DNA of 64,000 nt from Bacteroidia bacterium. GTDB lineage: Bacteria; Bacteroidota; Bacteroidia; Bacteroidales; VadinHA17. Where the stretch lies: NCBI GenBank assembly GCA_026391555.1, contig JAPLEB010000124.1, positions 66,268 to 130,267 of the forward strand, in the 5' to 3' direction. Of this stretch, positions 39,041 through 49,129 are shown piece after piece. A program made the position numbers and the translations under genes. The notes beneath the pieces were generated by a model, which saw only the letters and a list, made by a program, of their open reading frames with translations, was not told the DNA's origin and did no database searches. How positions within the stretch are numbered: position 1 is the stretch's first letter; every line of letters begins with the position of its first letter.

Positions 39041-40765
39041 ATGAAGAATCTCATTGGATACAAAAGTTTTAACATGGCATTGCTTGGTTTGGTATCTGCT
39101 CCTGTCTTTTCGCAGAATAGCCAACCAATTCAAAAAATGCCCAACATCATCGTCATTCTATGTGATGATATGGGCTATTCCGATATCGGGTGTTTCGGAT
39201 CAGAGATAAAAACACCGAATATAGATCGCCTGGCAGCAAATGGATTGCGCTTTACTCAATTCTATAATACTGCACGCTGCAGCCCGTCGCGTGCTTCCCT
39301 GCTTACTGGTTTGTACCCGCATCAGGCCGGTATGGGCCATCTTTCCACAGAGAATTATAAAGAGCCAGGTTATGTTGATGATCTGAGCAAGAATGCTGTT
39401 ACTATGGCTGAAGTTTTTAAACAGGCCGGCTATGCAACCTATATGACCGGGAAATGGCATATTGCCAGAGAAATGACTGGTACAGGAGATAAAAGTAACT
39501 GGCCTCTCCAGCGTGGATTTCAAAGATACTTCGGTACACTAAACGGTTCAGGTAGTTATTACGATCCCGGTACTCTGATTAGCAACAATACTTTTATTGC
39601 ACCCGGGAAAGATTTTTATTATACCAATGCCATCAGCGATACCACAGTGAAATTTATCCGGGAGCATCCAAATGGGAAGCCATTCTTCTTTTATGTAGCC
39701 TATACTGCAGCACACTGGCCACTGCATGCTCCGGGAAAAGAGATAGCAAAATATAAAGGGATTTATGATAAAGGATGGGATACCATTCGTGAACAACGTT
39801 TTATTAAGCTCAGGAAGCTTGGCATTATTGATGAAAATTGTATACTGACAGAGAGAGGAGCTGAGATCCCGGCATGGAAGGATGAACCGATGAAAGAATG
39901 GCAGGTGAGGAGAATGGAGGTATATGCTGCCATGATCGATGTGATGGACCAGGGGATAGGAAGGATTATTTCTGCACTCGAACAAAAAGGAGAATTGGAA
40001 AACACTCTCATTTTTTACATGCAAGATAACGGAGGTTGCGCTGAACCACAAGGTTCCGATAAACTGACTGTCCCATTGACTGATGAGCAGAAAATTATGA
40101 GGCCCTTTTCTTATGAGGCCATTTCCATTGAGAAAAGACCGGTCTATGCACGTGATGGCCGGTTTGTAAGAAGTGGCAGAGGCGTAATGTCGGGTGATGC
40201 TGATACATGGACTGCATATGGTGTAGAATGGGCAAATGTTAGCAACACTCCATTCAGGCTGTACAAACACTGGACTCACGAAGGAGGAATCGCATCGCCG
40301 CTAATTGTGCAATGGCCAAAAGGCATAACAATGAAAGGAGAACTTCGAAAACAACCCTCCCACTTAATTGATATTATGGCAACCTGTATTGATATTGCAG
40401 GTATTGATTATCCAAAACAGTTCAACGGAAATACAATCCAGCCTTACGAAGGAAAAAGCCTGGTTTCCGCTTTCAATAATAAAGAAATTAAAAGGGATTT
40501 TATTTTCTGGGAACATGAAGGAAACCGGGCTATTCGCAAAGACAATTGGAAACTGGTCTCAAGAACTGAAAAAATCAAAAAATTCACAGAAACTGATCAG
40601 AAAATGTGGGAGTTATATGATCTGGACAAAGACCCGTCGGAAACGGTCAACCTGGCTTCAAAATATCCTGAAAAGGTTAAAGAACTATCAGAAAAATGGG
40701 AAAAAGAAGCACTACGGACAAGAGCTAAACCCTGGCCTTGGCAGGTTATTAACGAGGGAAAGTAA
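39041..40765 (+). CDS. S1 arylsulfatase, Cys-type active site
   Basis: Signal peptide, NIIVILCDDMGYSD, the motif ARCSPSRASLLTGLYPHQ, and GKWH. Confidence 0.9.
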   Translation: MKNLIGYKSFNMALLGLVSAPVFSQNSQPIQKMPNIIVILCDDMGYSDIGCFGSEIKTPNIDRLAANGLRFTQFYNTARCSPSRASLLTGLYPHQAGMGHLSTENYKEPGYVDDLSKNAVTMAEVFKQAGYATYMTGKWHIAREMTGTGDKSNWPLQRGFQRYFGTLNGSGSYYDPGTLISNNTFIAPGKDFYYTNAISDTTVKFIREHPNGKPFFFYVAYTAAHWPLHAPGKEIAKYKGIYDKGWDTIREQRFIKLRKLGIIDENCILTERGAEIPAWKDEPMKEWQVRRMEVYAAMIDVMDQGIGRIISALEQKGELENTLIFYMQDNGGCAEPQGSDKLTVPLTDEQKIMRPFSYEAISIEKRPVYARDGRFVRSGRGVMSGDADTWTAYGVEWANVSNTPFRLYKHWTHEGGIASPLIVQWPKGITMKGELRKQPSHLIDIMATCIDIAGIDYPKQFNGNTIQPYEGKSLVSAFNNKEIKRDFIFWEHEGNRAIRKDNWKLVSRTEKIKKFTETDQKMWELYDLDKDPSETVNLASKYPEKVKELSEKWEKEALRTRAKPWPWQVINEGK

Positions 40766-40818
40766 ATAAGTGTACCTGGCACATTTAATCTCTGTTTTTA
40801 TACCTATTTGAATATCAG

Positions 40819-43296
40819 ATGAAAAATAGAATACTAATCAGCATTGTTTTAATAGCGCTGGGGATATCAAATTCCCTGAATGGCCAGCAGGAAAATAAAA
40901 TAAGGCTTAATGATAACTGGAAATTTCTTAAAGGTGACCTGGGAGGGGTATGGGAAGCTGTAAGGCCGGTAGAAGCCGGTAATCCTGAGGGTTTTCCGAT
41001 CTGGGAAAATGTTACCCTTCCTCATTGCTTCAACGCGACTGATGCAGTTGATCCTGATGTTAACTATTACCAGGGACCGGGATGGTACACAACCCGGATT
41101 GATGTCAAAAATCCATACACAAATGGCAGGACTATTCTCCACTTTGAGGGTGCCGGACAAAAGACAGAAGTCTATGTTTACACAACAAAAGTCGGGTCTC
41201 ATGTAGGTGGGTATAATGAATGGAGTGTTGATATTACTGACGCCGTAAATGATTTTGTTCAGAATAAGACGATTGCCGCAACATTCAAAGGTAAGGTTCC
41301 TGTCTCAATCAGATGCGACAATTCAAGAGATCTGGAGATGATACCTTCCGATATGTCGGATTTTAACCTTTATGGCGGAATTTACAGGTATTTAAACCTG
41401 GTTTATGTGCCCTCATTTTCGATCGAACGTCTGTTTGTAAATGCAAATGTTGATTCAAAAGGTTTGGAAGGGAAATTCGATTTGAGTATCAGATTGCGGA
41501 ACAAATCAGACTCCCCGAAGGCTCATCTCAAAATTGAAGTTACCGATCCTAAAGGCAAGCTGATAAGCTCTGAAGAACAGGATATTGATTCGTTTGAAGG
41601 TGAAAATGTTATTTACAAAAATGTTATAAAAAAGCCAGAGTTATGGTCACCTTCCCGACCCAATTTATACACAGGAAATGTTACCATTTCAAGCGAATCC
41701 GGCACCCGGTCAGTCATAGAAAAGTTTGGTTTCCGGAATTTTGAATTTGTCGATTATGGCCCTTTTAAGCTCAATGGTGCCAGGTTACTTCTCCGTGGAA
41801 CACATCGTCACGAAGATCATGCGGGAGTCGCTGCTGCAATGACTGAGGATATGATCAGAACTGAAATGATAATGATTAAGGAAATGGGGGTCAACTTTAT
41901 CAGATTAGGTCATTATCAGCAATCGCGGATTGTACTTGAATTATGCGATAGTCTTGGAATTCTGGTATGGGAAGAAATTCCCTGGTGCCGTGGCGGACTG
42001 GGTGGTGAACGGTACAAGGAACAGGCCCGGAATATGCTCACTGACATGATTGAGCAGCATCGTAACCATCCTTCAGTTATCATCTGGGGTCTGGGAAATG
42101 AGAATGACTGGCCTGGCGACTTTCCTGAATTTGATAAGGGAAAAATCCGCGCATTTATGTCCGAGCTGAATATTCTGTCTCATAAACTTGATCTAACACG
42201 TATGACAGCCATCCGCAGATGTGATTTTTGCAAAGATATCCCCGATGTTTATTCCCCTTCGATCTGGGCCGGCTGGTACCGTGGAATATATACAGAATAC
42301 CGCGCAGCAACAGAGACTGAGATAAAGGGAGTTAAACATTTTCTTCATGCTGAATGGGGTGGTGATAGCCATGCTATGAGACATTCAGAAACACCCGACA
42401 AAGTTCTTCAGCAAATTAAAACAGGAGATGGCGCAGATGAAAGGTTTGGTGATGCCTCACTTTTTGGAGGTGCAGCACGTGTTTCCAAAGATGGTGACTG
42501 GAGCGAGTCGTACATCTGCAACCTTATTGACTGGCACCTTAAAGAGCAGGAAAATATGCCGCTTTTAACCGGTTCAGCATACTGGCCTTTCAAGGATTTT
42601 TCTACACCTATACGACCTGAAAATCCGGTACCTTATGTGAATCAGAAAGGGGTGGTTGAGCGCGATCTTACAAAAAAGGAGGCATATTATGTATTTCAGT
42701 CATGGTGGACAGATAAGCCTATGGTTCATATCTATGGACATAGCTGGCCGGTAAGATGGGGTGATGCAGGTGAAGAAAAAATGGTAAAAGTTTATTCCAA
42801 TTGCGATGAAGCTGAATTGTTTGTAAACGGGGTAAGCTATGGTGTAAAAATGCGGAATGGACAGAATTTTCCGGCAGCCGGGTTGAGGTGGAATGTTCAA
42901 TTTAAAAATGGAGAAAACAAGGTCAGTGCTGTGGCTAATAAAGGGAAAGAGAGAGTGACAGATGAGATCTCATTTATCTATCAGACTGAAAAATGGGAAA
43001 AACCAGCGAGACTGATTCTTGAAAAAACTGACCAAAAGGCCGATACAATTACAATACAGGTTAAAATAGTCGATGACAAAGGGATCTTATGTCTCGATGC
43101 ACGTAATTACATAGAGTTTCTGCTTTCAGGTGACGGGAAACTAATTTATAACCAGGGCACTTCAAGCGGATCAAGAAAAGTACAGGCATACAACGGAAGG
43201 GCTATTATCAGGATGAAAACAAACAATGGGAAAAACATAGCCGGCGTGAAATCAGAATGGTTGAAGACAGTTTTTCTTGAAATCAATCAGGAATGA
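40819..43296 (+). CDS. Glycoside hydrolase family 2
   Basis: Has a signal peptide and the N-terminal sugar-binding pattern LNDNWKF. The TIM barrel has NHPSVIIWGLGNE (acid/base region) and HAEWGGDS (nucleophile region). Confidence 0.85.
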   Translation: MKNRILISIVLIALGISNSLNGQQENKIRLNDNWKFLKGDLGGVWEAVRPVEAGNPEGFPIWENVTLPHCFNATDAVDPDVNYYQGPGWYTTRIDVKNPYTNGRTILHFEGAGQKTEVYVYTTKVGSHVGGYNEWSVDITDAVNDFVQNKTIAATFKGKVPVSIRCDNSRDLEMIPSDMSDFNLYGGIYRYLNLVYVPSFSIERLFVNANVDSKGLEGKFDLSIRLRNKSDSPKAHLKIEVTDPKGKLISSEEQDIDSFEGENVIYKNVIKKPELWSPSRPNLYTGNVTISSESGTRSVIEKFGFRNFEFVDYGPFKLNGARLLLRGTHRHEDHAGVAAAMTEDMIRTEMIMIKEMGVNFIRLGHYQQSRIVLELCDSLGILVWEEIPWCRGGLGGERYKEQARNMLTDMIEQHRNHPSVIIWGLGNENDWPGDFPEFDKGKIRAFMSELNILSHKLDLTRMTAIRRCDFCKDIPDVYSPSIWAGWYRGIYTEYRAATETEIKGVKHFLHAEWGGDSHAMRHSETPDKVLQQIKTGDGADERFGDASLFGGAARVSKDGDWSESYICNLIDWHLKEQENMPLLTGSAYWPFKDFSTPIRPENPVPYVNQKGVVERDLTKKEAYYVFQSWWTDKPMVHIYGHSWPVRWGDAGEEKMVKVYSNCDEAELFVNGVSYGVKMRNGQNFPAAGLRWNVQFKNGENKVSAVANKGKERVTDEISFIYQTEKWEKPARLILEKTDQKADTITIQVKIVDDKGILCLDARNYIEFLLSGDGKLIYNQGTSSGSRKVQAYNGRAIIRMKTNNGKNIAGVKSEWLKTVFLEINQE

Positions 43297-43373
43297 TTTT
43301 GAACCTTCTCAATTTGCCCCCAACAGTCATGTTTTATTATTGATTTCAGATAGACATAAAAAATGTTATTTAT

Positions 43374-43628
43374 CTAGCCTGAATTATTCATAAAAAAGGG
43401 GGTTTTTTGTTCTTCATTTACAACTTAATTAGTTATATTTGAAATGCTTACAACAAAAAGCCCCTCTCTATTATGATAAACAAAAATACAGAAAATTTCG
43501 CACAAGAACTGGCAATATTTATCACCTATTACAACCGAAAAATAAAATCACAACCCCAAGCAGAATAATGACAACCTCAAAAGTCAAATATTATTCTTAA
43601 TTTTAAGTTTATGAATTAATCAGGTTAG
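43374..43628 (+). mobile_element. Internally deleted IS1380-like element (MITE-like, ~250 bp) with terminal inverted repeats
   Basis: The left end is cctgaattattcataaa (43378-43394). The right end, tttatgaattaatcagg (43608-43624), is its inverted match. The CC...GG ends are flanked by ctag and ttag. The last 123 bp (43502-43624) match 56092-56214 with 2 mismatches. Confidence 0.6.
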
Positions 43629-43674
43629 ATTTGTTAAAGATTATAACCGATACAGGGGTTGAAAAGAAAAACTT

Positions 43675-46600
43675 ATGCAATCACTTAAAAGAATTCTGAT
43701 CACATGTTTTCTATTATTGGTAGTTTTAGAAAGCTATTCCCAGGAAGCCGGCAGACCTTTCATTCGGAATTTTACTCCCAAAGAATACGGTGCCAGCCAG
43801 CAGAACTGGTCGATTGCGCAGGACCAAAGGGGCATAATGTATTTTGCCAATAATGATGGATTACTTGAATTTGACGGAGTCAGCTGGAAGCTTGTGTCAC
43901 TTCCGGGATTACGAAGCGTTGTCATAGACACTATGGGAAGGATTTATGCCGGAATGGAAAATGATATGGGGTATCTGGAACCTGACAGCAGGGGCAATCT
44001 TAAGTTTTATTCACTGAAAGATAAAATCCCGGGAGGACCAGCAGATATTACTACAGTATATTCAATGCATAAAATGGGAGATCAGATCATATTTCAAACT
44101 GATGACAATATTTATCTATACCGGGATGAAAAGATGAAAATCCTTCAGTCCAAAGAGAGTTTCTTATTTGGTTATGTTGTGCATGACCGGTTTTATGCCA
44201 TGGAGATGAAAAGCGGGCTTTATTACCTGAATAATGACAGCCTTGTTTTTATTAAAGGCAGCGATTTTTTTACCGGAGAAAAGATTTCTTTTATGCTACC
44301 GTATGGGACAAATCAGGTCTTAATTGGGACCCGTAATAAGGGCTTATATATATATTCTCCCGATGGGCCTGAAGTATTTTATAAACCAGCATACTTTAAA
44401 GAAGTTGATGATTTTCTGGTCAGGAACCAGTCATACTGCGGAACGGTATTAACCGGTGGCGATTTTGCAATTGGATCAATAACAGAAGGCATAATCGTTT
44501 TTGATACGCTTGGCAGAATAAAAGATAAGTATTATAAGAATGCCGGACTTCAGGATAATACAGTTTTATCCCTCTATTCTGACCAGAGCGGGCAACTCTG
44601 GACAGCATTAGATATAGGTATCAGCCTGATACAAAACAACCTGCCATTCCGTAATTATACAGATCTGGATGGTCTGTTTGGTTCTCCATTGTGTCTTAAA
44701 TATTTCCGTGACCGGTTTTATGTCGGAACCGGTCAGTATTTACATATTCAAAACCGGAAAGGTGTCTTTGAGACGATTGAGGGCACGGAGAGTCAAAACT
44801 TTATTTTGTTTGAAGCTAATGGAATATTGCTTTTAGGATGTACTTCCGGGATTTTTGAAATCAAAGACCGTCAGGCCATTCCCCTTGAAAACACTTCTGC
44901 TCTCGCTATTCTTTCAATAGTGCCACTAAAAAACCATCCGGGATATTTTCTGGCAGGGGAAGGAAACGGATTATTTTTACTGGAATACCGGAATTCAAAG
45001 TGGAAATTAAACCACCGGATAAAGGGTTTTGAAAAAGCGGCATATGATATTTGTGTTGATGAAAATGAAAATATCTGGGTATCAACAACCATTGAATTAT
45101 TGAGGTTAAAAATCAATGCTGAGTCAGATAGTGTAATATTGATGCAAAAAGGTGCAGATATCAAAGGGTTCCCGTCAAATTATGGCTGGCCTTTTGCCCT
45201 GAATTCGGGAGAGGTGGTTTTTGGCAGCGGGAAAGGAATTTATCGTTATATAGATCAAAAGGAGTTGTTTGAACCACATCCTGATTTTAATATGATAAAA
45301 GGAAAGGTACTGCCATTCAGTCAGGTAAAAAACGGGGATATCTGGTTTGATGAAGAAATGGAGACAGGGCACCATGAAAGAGGTGTTTTGATGTACAGAA
45401 ACGGGAAATATCTTATGTATAAAACACCTTTTTATAAATTCACTGATCTTGAATCCGGGGAAAGTCCACATAATGTTTGTCAGGCTCCGGACAGTACCAT
45501 TTTCTATGGTACCTCTTCAGGCCTGATTCAGTACAATCCAAAACTTAAATTTAATACTGCCAGTAGTTTTCAGACACTAATAAGGAAGGTTTACTGCAAA
45601 GATTCCCTTCTGTTTGGAGGCGGGCAAAAATTGAATTCGGATTTTGCAAAAAATAATAATTACGAAATTGCATATAAACAAAATGATATGACCTTTCATT
45701 TTGCTGCAGCATATTATGAAGATTCTGAGAAAAATCTTTACAGTTACCGTCTTGTTGGAGCAGATACCAGCTGGTCAGAATGGGTAAGGGACAATAAGAA
45801 GGAATATACCAATCTGCCTGAAGGCAAATATAGATTTGAAGTTAAATCAAAGAACCAGTACCAGATGGTTGGAGTCACAGCTTCCTATTCCTTCCATATC
45901 AAGCCGCCATGGTACAGGGAATGGTGGGCTTACGGATTGTATGTAATTTTATTAGTCACTCTTATCTGGATTATAGTTAAATATAACATCCGGCGGCTTG
46001 TAAAACAAAAAGATCAGTTGCAGAAAATTGTAGAAGAACGTACCGCCGAGGTACTTGAACAGAAAATAGAGATAGAAGCGGCTTATGGACAAATTACTGA
46101 CAGCATTCAATATGCACAAATAATTCAGCAGGCAGTATTACCTGCAAGCGATATAATTCAACAATCATTTCCGGAGCACTTTGTGCTTTTCAAACCTCGC
46201 AATGTTGTTAGTGGGGATTTCTACTGGTATGCAAAAGTTGAAAATCAAATTGTCATTACCGTTGCAGACTGTACGGGTCATGGCGTACCTGGTGCATTTA
46301 TGAGTATGCTGGGAATGTCACTTTTGAAGGAAATAGTATTAAAGGAATATATGACTCAACCAGATATTATACTAAGGAGGTTAAGAAAAGAAATAATCAG
46401 ATCGCTGGGTCAAAGCGGTAAGTTTGGAGAGGCAAAAGACGGAATGGACATTTCATTATGTTCCATAAACTTAGAAACAATGGAGATGAAGTGGTCCGGT
46501 GCATACAATCCATGCTGGATAATAAAAGAAGGAAAATTAATAAAACTGGAACCAGATAAAATGCCTATTGGAATTTCCTTCAGGATGGAAAAATTTACTT

Positions 46601-46851
46601 TACACGAAATAAAGCTGCAAAAGGGCTGGATTATTTATCTTGCCAGTGATGGTTTTACTGACCAGTTCGGAGGACCACTAAACAAGAAATTCATGGTTAA
46701 CCGGTTTAAAGAATTATTGTTAACTATTTCAGAAAAGCCAATGGTTGAACAGAAAGAAATATTAGACATAACAATAGAGCAGTGGATGGGAAGCGGCAAT
46801 AGAAAGAGGGAGCAAACGGATGATATAACAGTCATGGGGATAAAAATCTGA
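43675..46851 (+). CDS. Sensor protein: Reg_prop propellers + Y_Y_Y + TM + PP2C/SpoIIE phosphatase domain
   Basis: 1058 aa. Propeller repeats and YSYRLVGADTSWSEW (Y_Y_Y) are followed by one TM (WWAYGLYVILLVTLIWIIV). The phosphatase motifs are SGDFYW, DCTGHGVPGAFMSMLG, DGMD, SDGFTDQ and DDITVMG. Confidence 0.85.
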   Translation: MQSLKRILITCFLLLVVLESYSQEAGRPFIRNFTPKEYGASQQNWSIAQDQRGIMYFANNDGLLEFDGVSWKLVSLPGLRSVVIDTMGRIYAGMENDMGYLEPDSRGNLKFYSLKDKIPGGPADITTVYSMHKMGDQIIFQTDDNIYLYRDEKMKILQSKESFLFGYVVHDRFYAMEMKSGLYYLNNDSLVFIKGSDFFTGEKISFMLPYGTNQVLIGTRNKGLYIYSPDGPEVFYKPAYFKEVDDFLVRNQSYCGTVLTGGDFAIGSITEGIIVFDTLGRIKDKYYKNAGLQDNTVLSLYSDQSGQLWTALDIGISLIQNNLPFRNYTDLDGLFGSPLCLKYFRDRFYVGTGQYLHIQNRKGVFETIEGTESQNFILFEANGILLLGCTSGIFEIKDRQAIPLENTSALAILSIVPLKNHPGYFLAGEGNGLFLLEYRNSKWKLNHRIKGFEKAAYDICVDENENIWVSTTIELLRLKINAESDSVILMQKGADIKGFPSNYGWPFALNSGEVVFGSGKGIYRYIDQKELFEPHPDFNMIKGKVLPFSQVKNGDIWFDEEMETGHHERGVLMYRNGKYLMYKTPFYKFTDLESGESPHNVCQAPDSTIFYGTSSGLIQYNPKLKFNTASSFQTLIRKVYCKDSLLFGGGQKLNSDFAKNNNYEIAYKQNDMTFHFAAAYYEDSEKNLYSYRLVGADTSWSEWVRDNKKEYTNLPEGKYRFEVKSKNQYQMVGVTASYSFHIKPPWYREWWAYGLYVILLVTLIWIIVKYNIRRLVKQKDQLQKIVEERTAEVLEQKIEIEAAYGQITDSIQYAQIIQQAVLPASDIIQQSFPEHFVLFKPRNVVSGDFYWYAKVENQIVITVADCTGHGVPGAFMSMLGMSLLKEIVLKEYMTQPDIILRRLRKEIIRSLGQSGKFGEAKDGMDISLCSINLETMEMKWSGAYNPCWIIKEGKLIKLEPDKMPIGISFRMEKFTLHEIKLQKGWIIYLASDGFTDQFGGPLNKKFMVNRFKELLLTISEKPMVEQKEILDITIEQWMGSGNRKREQTDDITVMGIKI

Positions 46852-47257
46852 TAAGATCCGAAACCCCCTTTTGGAAGAAAGAGAAAGTTGCAACCATATG
46901 ATCGATCACCTTATTTTCAATTTATTCTGATGTTTCCATTATTTGTTCATCAAATCAATGGATTAATTTTGATAGACAGAAAAAAAAGTTTTATATTTAA
47001 TGACGAGAAGACTCATTCAAATGCAATGACAGGAAATCCAAGATTTCCAAATACGGCGAGGTAAGAAATTACCTTATTTTCTTTAATTTAGGGACCTTTT
47101 TAGTATAAATACGATTGAGATTTAAAGAATAAATGATAATTTAGCTTTTAATAGACAGAGTGTTTTGTAACTTTCTTAACAGTAATCAAATGAAAGTGAC
47201 TGGTAAAATTTGAGCAATTATCCTTAACTAGTTTATATTTTCCACCAAATCATCAAA

Positions 47258-48817
47258 ATGAAAAAAGGGGTCAACTTCTATAAATGGCTTATGATTCTGG
47301 GCATCGACGAAGCCACTTCCACAGGTAATGCCATAAAATTAAAAATCGTAAATGTAATTGCAGCCGTTTGCTGCTTTCTTATGTTTATTTCAGCAATAAT
47401 TATATTAGTTATAGGCGTCTCAAATTCTCATACTATAAAAGAGTTTTTTAGTCCTTATCATTTCCCGGAGATATTTTCTGGTGACGGGAACAGATCCTAT
47501 GGCATTTTTATACTTGTCGATTTATTAAGCGGATTGATATGTATTGCTGCATTGTTACTGAACCATCTGAAAAAGTACAATTATGCAATACTTCTCCTCT
47601 GTTTGTTTGCTATAATAATAGTGGCTTTCCATTATATGATGAAAGGAAGCCTGAACTCGTTTTTCTTTTTTATCCCCATCGTTCTCAGCATTATTTTCTA
47701 TGATAAAAAATCCAGCTACATTATTCTTGTATTATTAAACCTGGCTATAATGTATGTAATATCCTTATGGCTGTTTAAGTACAATCAGCTTTTCAAAATA
47801 CCCAATCCCGATTCGCCCGGACTATTTATCTACTTCATGAATTTCACAATAACGTATATAATAGTATTTGTCGTAACGGTTCATTTCAAAGCGGAGAAGA
47901 TCAGAAGTGAACGTAACCTTATTAATAAAAACTCCCTGCTTGAATCCCAGGCAGTCAGGATAATGACTCAGCGTGATGAAATAATAAAAAGAGAAATTGA
48001 ACTTGAGGTCAAGAACACAAACATAACTGACAGTATAAACTATGCCAAAAATATCCAGACTGCCCTCCTTCCCAGGCATGAGCTTCTTGATGAGATACTA
48101 CCTGACCATTTTATTCTCCTGAAACCCAGAGATATTGTGAGCGGTGATTTTTACTGGTTCACCTATATTGAGAATCTATCAGTCATAGCAGCTGTCGATT
48201 GTACCGGACATGGAGTGCCTGGTGCCTTCATGAGCATGTTGGGATCGGCCTTTCTAAACGAGATTGTAAATAAGGAATACATTACTCATCCCGGTGTAAT
48301 CCTTAGGCGGTTAAGGAAAGAGGTGATAAGGTCACTTCATCAGAAGGGTGAGAGCTGTGAGGCAAAAGATGGGATGGATATTTCACTTTGCGTTATTGAC
48401 AATAAGAATATGAAGTTGCAGTTCGCAGGTGCCAACAATCCCCTCTATATTGTGAGAAATAAGGATGCCAATTCACCGGGTGACTTTAGAAAGCTGGAAG
48501 ATGGGGAAAATATACTTTACGAGGTCAAGGCTGATCGGATGTCTGTATCGGTATCATATTCTATGAATAATTTTAATAATCACGAGATCGATTTTCTGAA
48601 GGGTGATATGATCTATCTTTTTTCAGACGGATATGCCGATCAATTTGGAGGACCACTCGGAAAGAAATTCAGTTACAGCAGTTTCAGGAAGCTCCTCTTG
48701 GAGAACAGCTCTGCCCCACTTGCGGTTCAGCAGCAGAAGCTTGAAGCGAACCTTGAAAAATGGAAAGGCGAACTCAGTCAGGTTGATGACATTATGGTTC
48801 TTGGGATAAGACTCTGA
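47258..48817 (+). CDS. Multi-pass membrane sensor with PP2C/SpoIIE phosphatase domain
   Basis: 519 aa. Roughly 6-7 hydrophobic helices sit in the N-terminal half. The C-terminal half is paralogous to 43675-46851 (SGDFYW, DCTGHGVPGAFMSMLG, DGMDISLC, SDGYADQ, DDIMVLG). Confidence 0.8.
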   Translation: MKKGVNFYKWLMILGIDEATSTGNAIKLKIVNVIAAVCCFLMFISAIIILVIGVSNSHTIKEFFSPYHFPEIFSGDGNRSYGIFILVDLLSGLICIAALLLNHLKKYNYAILLLCLFAIIIVAFHYMMKGSLNSFFFFIPIVLSIIFYDKKSSYIILVLLNLAIMYVISLWLFKYNQLFKIPNPDSPGLFIYFMNFTITYIIVFVVTVHFKAEKIRSERNLINKNSLLESQAVRIMTQRDEIIKREIELEVKNTNITDSINYAKNIQTALLPRHELLDEILPDHFILLKPRDIVSGDFYWFTYIENLSVIAAVDCTGHGVPGAFMSMLGSAFLNEIVNKEYITHPGVILRRLRKEVIRSLHQKGESCEAKDGMDISLCVIDNKNMKLQFAGANNPLYIVRNKDANSPGDFRKLEDGENILYEVKADRMSVSVSYSMNNFNNHEIDFLKGDMIYLFSDGYADQFGGPLGKKFSYSSFRKLLLENSSAPLAVQQQKLEANLEKWKGELSQVDDIMVLGIRL

Positions 48818-48890
48818 CTGCAATAGGTCTATTTCCAGCAGGTGCAGGTCTTTTATACTAATATATTGTCGGATAGAGAAAGAAATCCCA

Positions 48891-49049
48891 ATGCTGCAGG
48901 ACCTCCTGGAGCGTTACAGGAAGTCAGACGATGCCACCAAGAAGAAGGTCCTCGGTTGCATCTTTGCCGAAAAACTCGCTGTAAAGCTCAGGGCTCAGAG
49001 CGCAGAGCTCAGTGTTAGTGAGACTTTCTGCGACTATCAGACCGCATGA
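48891..49049 (+). pseudogene. Possible fragment of a large serine recombinase gene
   Basis: A 52-codon ORF, MLQDLLERYRKSDDATKKKVLGCIFAEKL..., resembles by recollection a conserved internal segment of Bacteroidota recombinase-family proteins (...K.I.GSIFPEKL). The surrounding ~400 bp is distinctly more GC-rich. Weak call. Confidence 0.3.
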
Positions 49050-49094
49050 CTGCAAGACCGCAAGACGAATAAGAGTGAGGTTTTGGGAAGTTCC

Positions 49095-49129
49095 AAAAAG
49101 AAAAACAAGAGGTCAATTCTGACCTCTTG
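49095..49129 (-). terminator. Intrinsic terminator of the LytTR operon
   Basis: Perfect 10-bp stem caagaggtca / tgacctcttg with a 4-nt loop. On the minus strand it is followed by tttttcttttt. It lies ~100 nt downstream of the 49227 stop. Confidence 0.7.

Noticed and set aside
39548-40279. Long antisense ORF (243 aa) inside the arylsulfatase gene. Similar shadow ORFs occur at 2868-3374, 23799-24281, 28606-29064, 31600-32073, 35689-36147 and 3731-4132.
   Set aside because: Each lies fully within a well-supported gene on the opposite strand. Their composition is low-complexity and Cys/Arg/Ser-rich, and they show no recognisable motif. They are typical non-coding shadow frames.
46884-46896. The 13-mer aaagttgcaacca occurs downstream of both PP2C genes (46884-46896 and 49175-49187), with a gttgcaac palindromic core.
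   Set aside because: Only two short copies sit at different distances from the stops (33 and 358 nt). This may be chance or part of relic sequence, and is too little to call a regulatory site.
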